A stretch of 64,000 bases of DNA from Candidatus Omnitrophota bacterium (GCA_015232565.1 JADFZK010000011.1:358-64357), one strand, 5' to 3'. Shown: positions 23,698-34,000, numbered from the stretch's first letter. Notes: generated by a model not told the origin, from the letters alone. Translations and numbers: made by a program.

Positions 23698-25590
23698 TTA
23701 AAATGCTATCTGTCGCGAAAGAGCAGAGTTCACATAAAGCGCAAACTCTGCCACTTCACCCGCCTTAATGAAAGATATACCCTGAAAAACCACCTCCCGC
23801 ACCCTGTCGGCAGTAGCCATGTCGATAACAGCGCAAGGGGCAAACTCACCCTTTGGGTACGCCCATGCCGCCATCACGCCACCCACACCTACATGCTCAA
23901 CGCGCACCTCAGGACCCAATAAAACCTGCCAGGGATACTCCCACTCATCACTGCCAAGCCTTACGCCGACATCGCGGCATGCCAACTCCCGCAAAGCTTT
24001 GGCCACCGGTGCAACCTTAAAATACCACCCTCGGTCCCTGACAAAATAAAGTTGTTCCCGACTAAACAGGAACATGCTTTTATTTGAAAACAACCGGCGC
24101 GTATTATTCAAGCCCAATGGTTGTGCCGCCGCCAGAAAAGTCACCACCAGAACGCCTATAAAAACCTTTCGTGGCATGCACTTCTCAAATATTACCGCAG
24201 TCAACGGCATCGCCAGGACAAAAAAAGGCAAATGAAAACGCCCGATCCAGGGCTGCCATTGTACCGTTACACAAAACAATAGCGCGCCAATTGCTAATGT
24301 CGCCGCATACCAACGCATTGCGGGAACCTTAAATCCATTGAACCAAAAACCACACGCCGAAATAAGAAACAAAAACAAATGCAAAGGATTAACAGCTACA
24401 TCTTCATCCATTTCATAAGTCACGGAAAAAGATGGCTCCAACTTATTCCCAACCGCAGAAGCATATCCACCAAGCAACGCCTGCCCACTTTTCACACCCG
24501 CGTATACGGCTTTATTCCAATCTTCCAGGGGCAAGGCGGCCTGAACAGCCAAGCTCTTTAACATATTTGCGAGCGTTTCCGCAACCCCCAGCCTTTCCAT
24601 TGAAACCCGTCCACCCGTTTCCATAGCCACTAAAGGATTGCGATCAATATCCAGCAACCTGAAACAGAACGAACCGGCGAACAACATCACCGCGAACACG
24701 CTTAAACCCAGGAACACCGCTTTACGGCGCACAGCCGCTTTGGCGAAGAATAACCATGCCAGCACCACTGCGCCTGCCAACAAAAGGCCCAGGCCTTTGG
24801 TCAAAGCCGCCAGGCCCACACTCGCCGCGGCCAAGCCCAACCACCGGCGCTGAGGACTGCTGAAGGTCTTTAACAAAAAGCACATGGCCGACAAAACCAG
24901 CACCGCCACCACGTAATCGTTCTGGGTGCTGGAACCTTGCAAAATACCCATCGGCAAAGTCAGTGCCAATAAAGCCGCCGCGATCTGCCCCAGGCGCGAA
25001 GCGCCCAGCAAGCCGGCGGCCAAAGACACGCCAAAAGCCGAACACACCATGGCCGACCACTGCACCATATTGGCAAACCGGTCGCCGCCAGTTAAAACCT
25101 GTAAATGCAGGATCACATACTCGGCGAACGGGAACATTACCAGCTGGCGGATGATGTTCGTAGGATAATTCATTACACTGCTGTTCTGCCGCCAATGGCC
25201 CACGCGCGCCATGTGATAGGTCATCGAATCCCAGGTATTCGGCGGCGCATACAAAGCAATAAATCCCACCACCAGCACAATGAAGGCGGCCATACCCAAA
25301 AGGACTTTTTCAATCCAGGTTAAGGACCAACGCGGCCAGGACCAGCGGCCGACGGAAGCAATACGCAAAAGCCTAAAGCTTATGGCCACCACCAGCAGAG
25401 ACCAGAACGTTAACAGCGAGAAGAAATTGATCTGCCGGAAAGGAGAAAGCGCTTCGGTGGAGAAAACGATAAGAACGCCGCTGATCACATTGGCCGCCAG
25501 CAAAGCCTCACGCGCCTCAAAGCCGCGCAAGGTCAGCCAGCGCCACAGCAACCCGGTGAATATTAACGGCAGGACGGCGAATACGAACAT
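23698..25590 (-). CDS. Polytopic membrane protein, GT-C-like putative glycosyltransferase (copy B of the tandem pair)
   Basis: 630 aa, same N-terminal core as copy A (long stretches of nucleotide identity, e.g. 23230-23400 vs 25145-25320), distinct C-terminal ~400 aa. Confidence 0.55.
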   Translation of the reverse strand: MFVFAVLPLIFTGLLWRWLTLRGFEAREALLAANVISGVLIVFSTEALSPFRQINFFSLLTFWSLLVVAISFRLLRIASVGRWSWPRWSLTWIEKVLLGMAAFIVLVVGFIALYAPPNTWDSMTYHMARVGHWRQNSSVMNYPTNIIRQLVMFPFAEYVILHLQVLTGGDRFANMVQWSAMVCSAFGVSLAAGLLGASRLGQIAAALLALTLPMGILQGSSTQNDYVVAVLVLSAMCFLLKTFSSPQRRWLGLAAASVGLAALTKGLGLLLAGAVVLAWLFFAKAAVRRKAVFLGLSVFAVMLFAGSFCFRLLDIDRNPLVAMETGGRVSMERLGVAETLANMLKSLAVQAALPLEDWNKAVYAGVKSGQALLGGYASAVGNKLEPSFSVTYEMDEDVAVNPLHLFLFLISACGFWFNGFKVPAMRWYAATLAIGALLFCVTVQWQPWIGRFHLPFFVLAMPLTAVIFEKCMPRKVFIGVLVVTFLAAAQPLGLNNTRRLFSNKSMFLFSREQLYFVRDRGWYFKVAPVAKALRELACRDVGVRLGSDEWEYPWQVLLGPEVRVEHVGVGGVMAAWAYPKGEFAPCAVIDMATADRVREVVFQGISFIKAGEVAEFALYVNSALSRQIAF

Positions 25591-25593
25591 TAA

Positions 25594-26277
25594 TTAAAAC
25601 CTGTACTTGATAATGGCCCCATACATTCCCAAAGCTTTCGGCCAATTGATCTTTTTACCTTGCACAATTGACCGCGCCTGATATTTAACGGGAACCTCCA
25701 CTATACGCACACCACGGCGCACCAGTTTAGCCGTGACCTCGGTCTCAAAAGAGAAATGATCCGACTCCAGCGCGATCGCTTTGATATCCTGCGCACGAAA
25801 CAACTTGAAACAGGTATTAATATCGGTCAGCCGGGTGCCAAATAACAGATTAAACGTGACGTTGGAAACCACATTCGCGAAACGATTCATCGGCGCCATG
25901 CCCTCGATAACGCCCTTGAAGCGGGAACCATACACCGCATCGGCCTGGCCGCTGAGGATCGGCGCCAGCAACCGGGGGTATTGCGCGGGATCATATTCCA
26001 GGTCGGCATCCTGGATCAGCACCAGCCCGCCGGTGGCTTCCTTGATGCCGCGGCGGATAGCCGCGGTCTTGCCCTGGTTGGTTTGCTGAAAGACCTTCAC
26101 GAAACGGTCGCCATCGAAACGGCCCAGCGCTCCGGCCGTGCCATCGGTAGAGCCGTCGTTGATCACCAGGATCTCGCGCTCCCAACCCAAAGGCAACACC
26201 ACCGCTTTCACCGCGTTAATAACCTCGACGACCGTACGCTCTTCATTGTAAGCCGGAATAATAACCGAAAGTTTCAC
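25594..26277 (-). CDS. GT2 family glycosyltransferase, DPM1/GtrB-like (paralog of 20058..20756, ~50% aa identity, opposite orientation)
   Basis: SVIIPAYNE ... [10 protein letters not shown] ... QDADLEYDP. 4-nt overlap with nadE. Confidence 0.8.
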   Translation of the reverse strand: MKLSVIIPAYNEERTVVEVINAVKAVVLPLGWEREILVINDGSTDGTAGALGRFDGDRFVKVFQQTNQGKTAAIRRGIKEATGGLVLIQDADLEYDPAQYPRLLAPILSGQADAVYGSRFKGVIEGMAPMNRFANVVSNVTFNLLFGTRLTDINTCFKLFRAQDIKAIALESDHFSFETEVTAKLVRRGVRIVEVPVKYQARSIVQGKKINWPKALGMYGAIIKYRF

Positions 26278-27902
26278 AATACCGCCTTGTACCGGTTGGT
26301 AAGCGGCAAGCGCCAGTCTTTGCCGAAAGCCCGCTTGGAGATCTTGACCCCTGGAGGAGCCTGGCGTCTTTTATACTCACTTTTATCCACCAGCTCAACA
26401 ACTTTCCGGGCCATTTTAATATCACCACAAGACCGGCCCATGGCTCCCAAAGAACGATGGCCTTCAACATAAAGATTCAACAGGTCATCCAGCACCGGAT
26501 AAGGCGGCAGGGAATCCTGGTCTTTCTGTCCGGCCTTCAGCTCCGCGGACGGAGCACGGGCAATGACCGAGAGCGGAATAACCGCTTTACCGGCCCGGGC
26601 ATTAACCTGCCGGGCCAGCTCATACACTTTGGTTTTATAGATATCCTTAATGACCGCATACCCGCCGGACATATCGCCATAAAGGGTACAATAACCCGTA
26701 GCCATCTCGCTTTTATTGCCGGTAGTCAGAACCAGCCAGCCGAATTTGTTCGAAAAAGACATCAGCAGGTTCCCCCGGATGCGCGACTGCAAATTCTCCT
26801 CGGCCAGTCCGGAAGGCGTCCCTTTAAAATATGGCTTTAAGGTCTGTAAAAAAGCCGTCACTACTGCTTCGATGGGGATCTCGTGAAAAGCCACACCCAG
26901 GTTCCTGGCCACCCGACGGGCATCATTTCGGGTGGCGGCTACATTAAAACGGGTCGGCATGGAAATACACACCACATTCCGGGGGCCGACCGCATCGGCC
27001 GCGATCGCCGCCACTAAAGCCGAATCAATGCCTCCGGAAAGGCCGATCAGGACTTTCTGAAAACCGTTCTTGCGGATATAATCCCGGGTACCCAGCAAAA
27101 CCGCCTCATACATTTCTTCTATCCGCGGCAAAGGCGCCGGCACCGCCGCCCGCTTCTTACCAGGCAGATTAACCGGCAAATCAACCAATACCAGGTCTTC
27201 CCGGAACTGAGCGCCGGACGCCAGGCAGCGGCCTTGCGGATCCACGACCAGGCTGGAGCCATCAAAAACCAGCTCGTCCTGCCCGCCCACCAGGTTAACA
27301 TACACAATGAACGCGCCAGTCTCCCGAGCGCGCCGCGCTATAAGTTTCACCCGCTCTTCCCGTTTGCCGAACTCATACGGGGAGCTGGAAATATTAACAA
27401 TGATCCTGGCGCCCGCCGCCGCCTGAGCCTGAAAAACCCCGCCGTCCACCCAGATATCTTCACAAACATTTACCGCTATTTTCTCGCCTTTAAGCGAAAA
27501 CAATTTAAAACCCCGGCCCGGAGTAAAATACCGCTTCTCATCAAAAACACTATAATTCGGCAGGGCTTGCTTGTGATAAATGTATTTCACTCCGCCATCG
27601 GCAATAACCGCCGCGGCATTATAAAGCTCCCCACCGGGGCCGCGATCCACAAAACCCACCACCGCCGTAATGCCGCTTACCTGGCGGGCCACGGTCAGCA
27701 GGCTCTTAAGGTTACCGCCAATAAAATGATCCTTGAACAACAGGTCTTCCGGCGGATAACCGGTGGTGGCCAATTCGGGGAAAACCACCAGGTCCGCCCC
27801 GCGTTCCCGCGCCGCTACGCATTGTTCCACAACCTTGCGGGCATTACCTTCCAGGTCGCCCACCGTTGTATTGATCTGTGCCAACGCCACCCGTAAGCTC
27901 AT
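26274..27902 (-). CDS. nadE: Glutamine-dependent NAD+ synthetase (CN-hydrolase domain plus NAD synthetase domain)
   Basis: 542 aa. N-terminal nitrilase-like domain ([12 protein letters not shown]) and C-terminal [10 protein letters not shown]-loop. Confidence 0.93.
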   Translation of the reverse strand: MSLRVALAQINTTVGDLEGNARKVVEQCVAARERGADLVVFPELATTGYPPEDLLFKDHFIGGNLKSLLTVARQVSGITAVVGFVDRGPGGELYNAAAVIADGGVKYIYHKQALPNYSVFDEKRYFTPGRGFKLFSLKGEKIAVNVCEDIWVDGGVFQAQAAAGARIIVNISSSPYEFGKREERVKLIARRARETGAFIVYVNLVGGQDELVFDGSSLVVDPQGRCLASGAQFREDLVLVDLPVNLPGKKRAAVPAPLPRIEEMYEAVLLGTRDYIRKNGFQKVLIGLSGGIDSALVAAIAADAVGPRNVVCISMPTRFNVAATRNDARRVARNLGVAFHEIPIEAVVTAFLQTLKPYFKGTPSGLAEENLQSRIRGNLLMSFSNKFGWLVLTTGNKSEMATGYCTLYGDMSGGYAVIKDIYKTKVYELARQVNARAGKAVIPLSVIARAPSAELKAGQKDQDSLPPYPVLDDLLNLYVEGHRSLGAMGRSCGDIKMARKVVELVDKSEYKRRQAPPGVKISKRAFGKDWRLPLTNRYKAVL

Positions 27903-28075
27903 TTAGACCTCATTATCGCCAAAATATAGCATCGTTTTAATAAACAGAATCATATCATATGCCCTTATTTAATTACGAACTTTTCTCTGCTTAGAGCCTG
28001 CAATGAAAAAAGGGCTCAAACGCAATATCAGCATCTGAGCCCTTTCTCCTCATCGTACTTTTCAAACTATCACTT

Positions 28076-30175
28076 TTAATACAAGAACAACATCTCCGCA
28101 TAGGTCGGCAAAGGCCACAAGTCGGCCGGGACCAAACCTTCCAGCTCATCGGCCGCGGCGCGAGCCTGTAACATCGCCGCCTTCATTTTCTCGGGATTAT
28201 GCGCTTCAATGGAAGCTTCCAGCGCCTTGATCCCCGCCGACAATGCATCCGCCAGCTGGCAAACCTTGCCCAGAACATCTTTCGCGGCTGCCGCTTTGGC
28301 GCCGGCGTCTTCCACCGCTTTGACCGTTGCCGCCAAGACCGCCTGGTACTCCACTACCGCCGGGAAGATCTGAGTCACGGCAATAGTGCGGGCACATTCC
28401 GCCTCATAGGACAGCACGCTCTTGTAGTTATGCATATAGATCTCATAACGGGACAAAAGCTCTTTCCGGGAGAATACCGCGTATTTCTCGAACAAGGCGA
28501 TCGTCTTTTCCTCTTCCAGTACTTTTAAAGCTTCCGGCGTGGTCTTAAAGTTCGGCAGGCCGCGGCGTTCCGCTTCCTTATGCCATTCTTCGGTATAATT
28601 ATCGCCGTTAAAAAGCACGCGCTTGTGTTTTTTGATGATCGCCTGCAGAACCGCCTGCAATGACTTGTTAAAATCCTTCTTCGCTTTGACATCGCTTTCG
28701 ATCTGGGTGCACATTTCGTCCATCGCGGCCGCCACGATGGTATTCAAAGCCACATTCGCACCCGACGGGCTCATATTGGAACCCAGCGCACGGAACTCGA
28801 ATTTATTGCCCGTAAAAGCAAACGGAGAAGTCCGGTTGCGGTCAGTGGCATCTCTCGGCAAGGTAGGAATAACGTCGACACCTATCTGGATAGTGCCGCC
28901 GCTCCGGGCGCTCTTGGCCTCGCCGCTTTCCAGCTGTTCGATGATATCGGTCAGCTGATCGCCCAGGAACACCGAGATAATAGCCGGAGGCGCTTCATTG
29001 GCGCCCAAACGATGGTCGTTGCCCGGGGAAGCCACGGTAGCGCGCAATAAAGCCGCATTCTCGTCTACCGCCTTAATGATGGCACACAGGGTGAACAGGA
29101 ACTTGGCATTCTCGTGCGGGCTGGAACCGGGGTTGAGCCAGTTCTTTCCATCGGTACCAACTACCGACCAGTTATTATGCTTGCCCGAACCGTTAACCCC
29201 GGCAAAGGGCTTCTCGTGCAACAGGCACACCAGGCCATGCTTGTCGGCGATCTGCTTCATTACGTCCATGCACATCATGTTATGGTCCACCGCCAGATTC
29301 AAGCGCTCGTAAATAGGCGCGATCTCAAACTGGGCCGGAGCCACTTCATTATGGCGCGTCTTGGAAGGCATACCGAGCTTCCAGAGCGTCTGGTCGAGCT
29401 CTTCCATAAAAGCCATGATCCGCGGACGGATAGCGCCGAAATAATGGTCTTCCATCTGCTGATGGCGGGCCGGCTTGCGGCCAAATAAAGTACGTCCGGT
29501 CTGCACCAGATCCAGGCGCTGTTCATAAAAAGCCTTATCGATCAGGAAATATTCCTGCTCGGGTCCGAGTGTGGCGTAAGACTTGACCACCGGTTTAACG
29601 CCGAACATCTTGCCGGCGCGGTCCATCTGTTTGGCCAGGGCCGCGATCGAGCGCAGTAAAGGCGCTTTCTTGTCGAGCGCTTCACCATGATAACCGCAAA
29701 AAATAGTAGGAATGCACAAAGTCGCCCCTTCCGCGCCTTCTTTAATAAAGGCCGGGCTGGTGGGATCCCAGGCGGTATAACCACGCGCTTCAAAAGTGGC
29801 ACGCAGGCCGCCCGAGGGGAAAGACGAAGCATCCGGCTCACCCTGAATAAGCTCTTTGGCGGAAAATTCCATCTTCACGCCGCCCTGCCCGTCAGGGGAA
29901 ATAAAGGAATCATGTTTCTCGGCCGTGGTACCCGTCAACGGCTGGAACCAGTGGCAAAAATGCGTAGCGCCCTTGGCCACCGCCCAGTCTTTCATGGCCC
30001 CGGCCACTTCGGTGGCGATCTGGGGATCCAGCGCGCCGCCGTTGTTCATGGTCTTGCTGAGAGAATCGAAAGCTTTCTTGGAAAGAGCTTTTTTCATGGC
30101 ATTCAGCCCGAATACGTTCTCGCCATACATAGCCTCCACCGCACTAACTACCTTTTTGCTAGTTTTTCCTGCCAT
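28076..30175 (-). CDS. glnN: Glutamine synthetase type III. Start assigned to the ATG at 30175, which has a GGAGG Shine-Dalgarno upstream; the ORF track begins at GTG 30187.
   Basis: ~700 aa, typical GSIII length, with the N-terminal KTSKKVVSAVEAMYGENVFG segment (ORF-track residues 7-26) and a central Gln-synt catalytic region. Confidence 0.9.
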   Translation of the reverse strand: MAGKTSKKVVSAVEAMYGENVFGLNAMKKALSKKAFDSLSKTMNNGGALDPQIATEVAGAMKDWAVAKGATHFCHWFQPLTGTTAEKHDSFISPDGQGGVKMEFSAKELIQGEPDASSFPSGGLRATFEARGYTAWDPTSPAFIKEGAEGATLCIPTIFCGYHGEALDKKAPLLRSIAALAKQMDRAGKMFGVKPVVKSYATLGPEQEYFLIDKAFYEQRLDLVQTGRTLFGRKPARHQQMEDHYFGAIRPRIMAFMEELDQTLWKLGMPSKTRHNEVAPAQFEIAPIYERLNLAVDHNMMCMDVMKQIADKHGLVCLLHEKPFAGVNGSGKHNNWSVVGTDGKNWLNPGSSPHENAKFLFTLCAIIKAVDENAALLRATVASPGNDHRLGANEAPPAIISVFLGDQLTDIIEQLESGEAKSARSGGTIQIGVDVIPTLPRDATDRNRTSPFAFTGNKFEFRALGSNMSPSGANVALNTIVAAAMDEMCTQIESDVKAKKDFNKSLQAVLQAIIKKHKRVLFNGDNYTEEWHKEAERRGLPNFKTTPEALKVLEEEKTIALFEKYAVFSRKELLSRYEIYMHNYKSVLSYEAECARTIAVTQIFPAVVEYQAVLAATVKAVEDAGAKAAAAKDVLGKVCQLADALSAGIKALEASIEAHNPEKMKAAMLQARAAADELEGLVPADLWPLPTYAEMLFLY

Positions 30176-30202
30176 ACATGCCTCCACTTATTTAAGATTT
30201 AC

Positions 30203-30307
30203 CCAAAATAAAAACATCCTCCCCCGAAAAGATCATTTTCGAAGGAGGACATCAGTGCCCTGCTCATTAGCTGTGAGGAGTATATCCAGCGCCCAAATTT
30301 TTGTCAA
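30203..30307 (-). promoter_or_regulatory. glnN promoter and leader. -35 TTGACA (30307..30302), 17-bp spacer, -10 TATACT (30284..30279). The leader holds a terminator-like hairpin (30249..30217, tcctccttcgaaaatgatcttttcgggggagga) followed by a U-tract (30216..30203) before the SD and ATG.
   Basis: Read directly on the minus strand. Candidate attenuator immediately downstream of the ANTAR-domain regulator gene. Confidence 0.55.
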
Positions 30308-30335
30308 TTAAAAATTTTCCGTGAACCCTGGCGCT

Positions 30336-31559
30336 TTACGCGCCTTTCTGAAAGTCGGCCATCAGCAAAATGGACTCCGCGATATCTTTCATGGAACGGC
30401 AGGAATCCATGCTCTTTTTATGGATCATCCGGTAAGCGGCATCTTCAGACAGGCCGTTCAGCTTCATGATCACGCCCTTGGCGCGTTCCACCAACTTGCG
30501 GGTCTCAAGGGCTTCCTTAGCCTTCAGGGCCTCCTCCATCCAGCGCGTATTCTCCACCGCCGCGGCCGCCTGATTGGCCACCACCTGCAATACTCCCACC
30601 TCATCGTCGGTAAAAACATGCGGCTCTTTGGTGTAAACATTAATCACGCCGATAGCCCGGCCCTTGACCACCATCGGCACCGCCACCATGGTGCTTAAGC
30701 CCTCCTTTACCGCCAGCTCACGATAAAAATAACGCTTCTCTTTACGGACATCCGCCACTACCAGCGGGCGCAAAGTCTTGATGACTTCGCCCGTAAGACT
30801 GGCGCCGACTTTAAGGTTGGGCTTCTTCTTATAATCATCGCTCAAGCTCTGCGTGGCCCGGATCACCAGCTCGGAGCCCTTGGCATCCAGCAGCATCACC
30901 GAACAAATGCGCGAATTAAGCATCTCGGCGGTAACAATAACTATAAGATTCAGTATCTCGTCGAGATATTTCTCGGAAGTAATGGACTGGCTCACCTTAA
31001 CCAGGCTGTCGAACTGCAAGGCTTTCTGCCGGGTCTCGCTGAACAGCCGGGCATGTTCCACCACACTGCCCAACTGGCGGGCGGCCATACCCAGCAGATC
31101 CACCACGCTGGCGGGAAAATCGAAAGGCTTCTTGTGCTGAAGGTTAATAACCCCGATGGCCTTACCCTTATACACGATCGGCAAAGCCAGGAAAGCCTCG
31201 TAACGATCTTCCGGCAGGACATCAAAGGCTTTAAAACGCGGGTCATTATAGGCATTAACATTAATCGCCAGCGGCTTGACATTCTTCGCCACCCAACCCG
31301 TTAACCCCTCGCCAACTTTAAGCGTCAGCTGGCCCAGCTCCTGTTTGTGCGGAGTCTTGGACGCGCACAGCACCAGGTTCTGGTGCGCGGCATCGAAAAG
31401 ATACACGAACACCGAGTCCGCAGGCGCTATTGCCAGGGCCACCTTGATGACCTCTTTTAACACCCCGTCGAGATCAACCTCGGAAGTAGTGATATCCACG
31501 ATCCGGCGTAACAAGGCCAGCTCATCTTTGGATGAAAGTTGCTTCTTGACTTTAGTCAT
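30336..31559 (-). CDS. GAF-GAF-ANTAR RNA-binding response-regulator-like antiterminator. Start at MTKVKKQL, preceded by GGAGG.
   Basis: Two GAF-like domains, then the C-terminal ANTAR motif LETRKLVERAKGVIMKLNGLSEDAAYRMIHKKSMD. Confidence 0.8.
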   Translation of the reverse strand: MTKVKKQLSSKDELALLRRIVDITTSEVDLDGVLKEVIKVALAIAPADSVFVYLFDAAHQNLVLCASKTPHKQELGQLTLKVGEGLTGWVAKNVKPLAINVNAYNDPRFKAFDVLPEDRYEAFLALPIVYKGKAIGVINLQHKKPFDFPASVVDLLGMAARQLGSVVEHARLFSETRQKALQFDSLVKVSQSITSEKYLDEILNLIVIVTAEMLNSRICSVMLLDAKGSELVIRATQSLSDDYKKKPNLKVGASLTGEVIKTLRPLVVADVRKEKRYFYRELAVKEGLSTMVAVPMVVKGRAIGVINVYTKEPHVFTDDEVGVLQVVANQAAAAVENTRWMEEALKAKEALETRKLVERAKGVIMKLNGLSEDAAYRMIHKKSMDSCRSMKDIAESILLMADFQKGA

Positions 31560-31640
31560 GTACCCGCCTCCATTTTGTACCAAACGATCCGTTAATTATC
31601 CTTTACCAGCCTCGCACCAGCCAGCCGACAGATTACTTTG

Positions 31641-32186
31641 TTAACCAGGCTTGGCGGACGCACTGGCGGTATATTTCAACAAGGCTTTGATGGTCTTCAA
31701 GCCGATCTGACCGTCGGCCGCCAACCCCTGGGAAGCCTGAAAGCCTTTTAGCGCCTCGCGCGTACGCCGGCCCAGTTGGCCATCGATCTTGCCCACCCCG
31801 AACCCGGCTTTAACCAGCGCTTTCTGCACCGCGCGGCCATCCAGTTCACCTTTCTTGAACAACGGGCTTTGCAAAACCGCCTGCATGCCCGCCCAGGTGT
31901 CTTTATCCACAAAACGGGTTACCTTAAGGCCTTCGTCGGCCTGGAACCGCGCCACCGCTTCGCGGGTGGAAGCGCCAAACTTGCCATCGGGCCGGCCGAT
32001 GCTGTAACCAAAACTTTTGAGGATCTTTTGCACCTCTTCCACTTTGGCATTATATTCATTGAACTCAAAGGCGCCCAGTATCTGCCGCTCTTCGCCACCA
32101 GGCTTATGCAAAAGGGCGTAAAGGCGGTCGCAACCCGCGGCCGGCAGAAGTAAAACGATCAATAAAAGCAGTTGGGCAAATCGCAT
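31641..32186 (-). CDS. Lipoprotein with three PG_binding_1 (peptidoglycan-binding) repeats
   Basis: LLPAAGC lipobox; repeated ...TREAL.GFQ...GL..DG.IG..T motifs. Confidence 0.75.
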   Translation of the reverse strand: MRFAQLLLLIVLLLPAAGCDRLYALLHKPGGEERQILGAFEFNEYNAKVEEVQKILKSFGYSIGRPDGKFGASTREAVARFQADEGLKVTRFVDKDTWAGMQAVLQSPLFKKGELDGRAVQKALVKAGFGVGKIDGQLGRRTREALKGFQASQGLAADGQIGLKTIKALLKYTASASAKPG

Positions 32187-32277
32187 ATCACTTTATAATA
32201 AGACCATTGAGCGCGGTGTCAATGCGATATTCATTACCTGTATTCAGTTCTCGGTCTTATGACCGCTCCACCCAGCT

Positions 32278-33975
32278 ATGGCCAATTTTATCTGCAAAAT
32301 AGAAAGATCCCTCGCCAAGCCAGCCTTGGCCGTACTTATCCTGGTCCTGCTGGGCGTGCTGGTCTACGCCAACTGCCTGCCCAATGAAATGTTCTGGGAC
32401 GATGACGATTTTATCCTCAAGAACATTTATATCCAGGACTGGAAATACTGGCCGCATTTTTTTACCGATAATGTTATCGCCGGCAACCACCTGAACAGCA
32501 ATTACTGGCGGCCGTTACTGCAGGCCGTCTTTGCCGTGGAATGGCATTTATGGAGCGACTGGGCTCCGGGCTGGCATCTGGTTAGCGCCGCCGGCCATAT
32601 CCTGGCGGGAACCGCCCTCTACAAATGCCTGGGCGCCCTGCTGAAAGACCGTCTCCCGGCCTTCCTGTGCGCGGCGGTGTTCATCGTGCACCCGGTCCAG
32701 ACCGAGGCCACGGCCTATCCCAACAGCCTGGGCGACGCGCTGGCGGCAATCTTTGTGTTCTGGGGCATCTATGCCTGGATCAAAACCCGCCGCACCGGCG
32801 CACGCGGCTGGTGGTGGGTTGCCTGGCTAATGTACCCACTGGCACTGCTGTCCAAAGAAACCGGCATCCTGTTGGCCGGCTACCTGGCCTTAACCGAATT
32901 TTTCATTCTGCAGAAAAGCGGCACCTTTTGGCAAAAGTCCTGGCGCACGCTTAGGAACCTGTGGCCTTTTATCGGCACCGCCATTGGCTACCTGGCCCTG
33001 CGGGCCACCGTATTAAACTTTGCCAATTCTTTCAACTTCTACAAAGAGCCCACCGCTTTCACCTCGCACCTGGAACTGCGCATCGTTTCTTTCCTGCAAA
33101 CCCTGGCGGCCTACACGGGGCTATTGTTCATTCCCTACGACCTGCGCGTGGAACGGGTTATCCAGCCCTCGCCCAACCTTTTTACTCCGGACGTTTTCTT
33201 TGGCGGAGCGGTTTTCCTGCTCCTGACGTTCACAATTATTTATTACTGGAAACGTAAGCCGCTGGTTACGTTCGGGGCCCTATGGTTCCTGGTGGGCATA
33301 CTGCCGACTTCCAACCTTATTGTCATCATCAATGCCGTATTATACGAACACTTCCTTTATTCCGCGCTCGTCGGTATCTTTCTGGCCATTTTCTGGAGCG
33401 GCCTGGCATGGGCCAATACCAAGACCAGAAAAAGACTGTTCCTGGGGTTAGCGTTGGTTTTTATCGCCGGGCTGGCCGGCCGCAGCCTCTGGCGCACTTT
33501 CGACTGGCGCACGGCAGTGGGTTTTTATGAAAAGCTGATCGTCACCGCGCCGCACAGTTACCGGGTGGTCAACAATCTGGGCATGGAATACGCCCAGAAA
33601 GGCCGCAATCCCGAGGCCGAAGCCACCTACCGCAAAGCCATTGTCCTGGACCCCACCAACGCGGTGGCGTACCATAATCTGGGTAATTTGTGCCGGGACA
33701 CCGGCCGCAAGGCGGAAGCCGCGCAATTCTTCGAGAAAGCCATTACCGCGCAAAGTAATTTTATCTTTTCCTACCAGGCCCTGATCCAGATCTATCTGGA
33801 TAACCAGGACTACGCCAATGCCCGCCGGGTGCTGGAACAATATTTCCAATATTCCGACGACCGCATAAATATCCTCAACCTGCTGAAAAACATCGCCCAA
33901 AAGCAGAACGACCCCGCCGCCATCCAGCGCTATTCAGAAGTATTATCCAAACTACAAACGGTCCGCCCAAAATAA
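32278..33975 (+). CDS. TMTC/PMT_2-like GT-C membrane glycosyltransferase with C-terminal TPR repeats
   Basis: 565 aa. N-terminal multi-TM region with an acidic loop (NEMFWDDDDFI), C-terminal TPRs (AVAYHNLGNLCRDTGRKAEA...). Confidence 0.65.
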   Translation: MANFICKIERSLAKPALAVLILVLLGVLVYANCLPNEMFWDDDDFILKNIYIQDWKYWPHFFTDNVIAGNHLNSNYWRPLLQAVFAVEWHLWSDWAPGWHLVSAAGHILAGTALYKCLGALLKDRLPAFLCAAVFIVHPVQTEATAYPNSLGDALAAIFVFWGIYAWIKTRRTGARGWWWVAWLMYPLALLSKETGILLAGYLALTEFFILQKSGTFWQKSWRTLRNLWPFIGTAIGYLALRATVLNFANSFNFYKEPTAFTSHLELRIVSFLQTLAAYTGLLFIPYDLRVERVIQPSPNLFTPDVFFGGAVFLLLTFTIIYYWKRKPLVTFGALWFLVGILPTSNLIVIINAVLYEHFLYSALVGIFLAIFWSGLAWANTKTRKRLFLGLALVFIAGLAGRSLWRTFDWRTAVGFYEKLIVTAPHSYRVVNNLGMEYAQKGRNPEAEATYRKAIVLDPTNAVAYHNLGNLCRDTGRKAEAAQFFEKAITAQSNFIFSYQALIQIYLDNQDYANARRVLEQYFQYSDDRINILNLLKNIAQKQNDPAAIQRYSEVLSKLQTVRPK

Positions 33976-33979
33976 AAGA

Positions 33980-34000
33980 CCGGCTTAACGCCGGCCTTTT
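33980..34000. terminator. Putative bidirectional intrinsic terminator: ccggc-ttaac-gccgg hairpin with T-runs on both strands
   Basis: Perfect 5-bp stem with a 5-nt loop. ttttag follows on the plus strand; minus-strand U-rich uuuuauuuu lies on the other side. Confidence 0.4.

Noticed and set aside
30176-30187. ORF-track start of glnN at GTG 30187 (and similarly extended N-termini for the ANTAR, ROK, MPP-HD, CHAD, ppx, glgB, GT2 and secretin ORFs)
   Set aside because: Internal ATGs with better SD spacing and/or avoidance of long overlaps with upstream genes are more plausible; coordinates were adjusted accordingly in the feature list.
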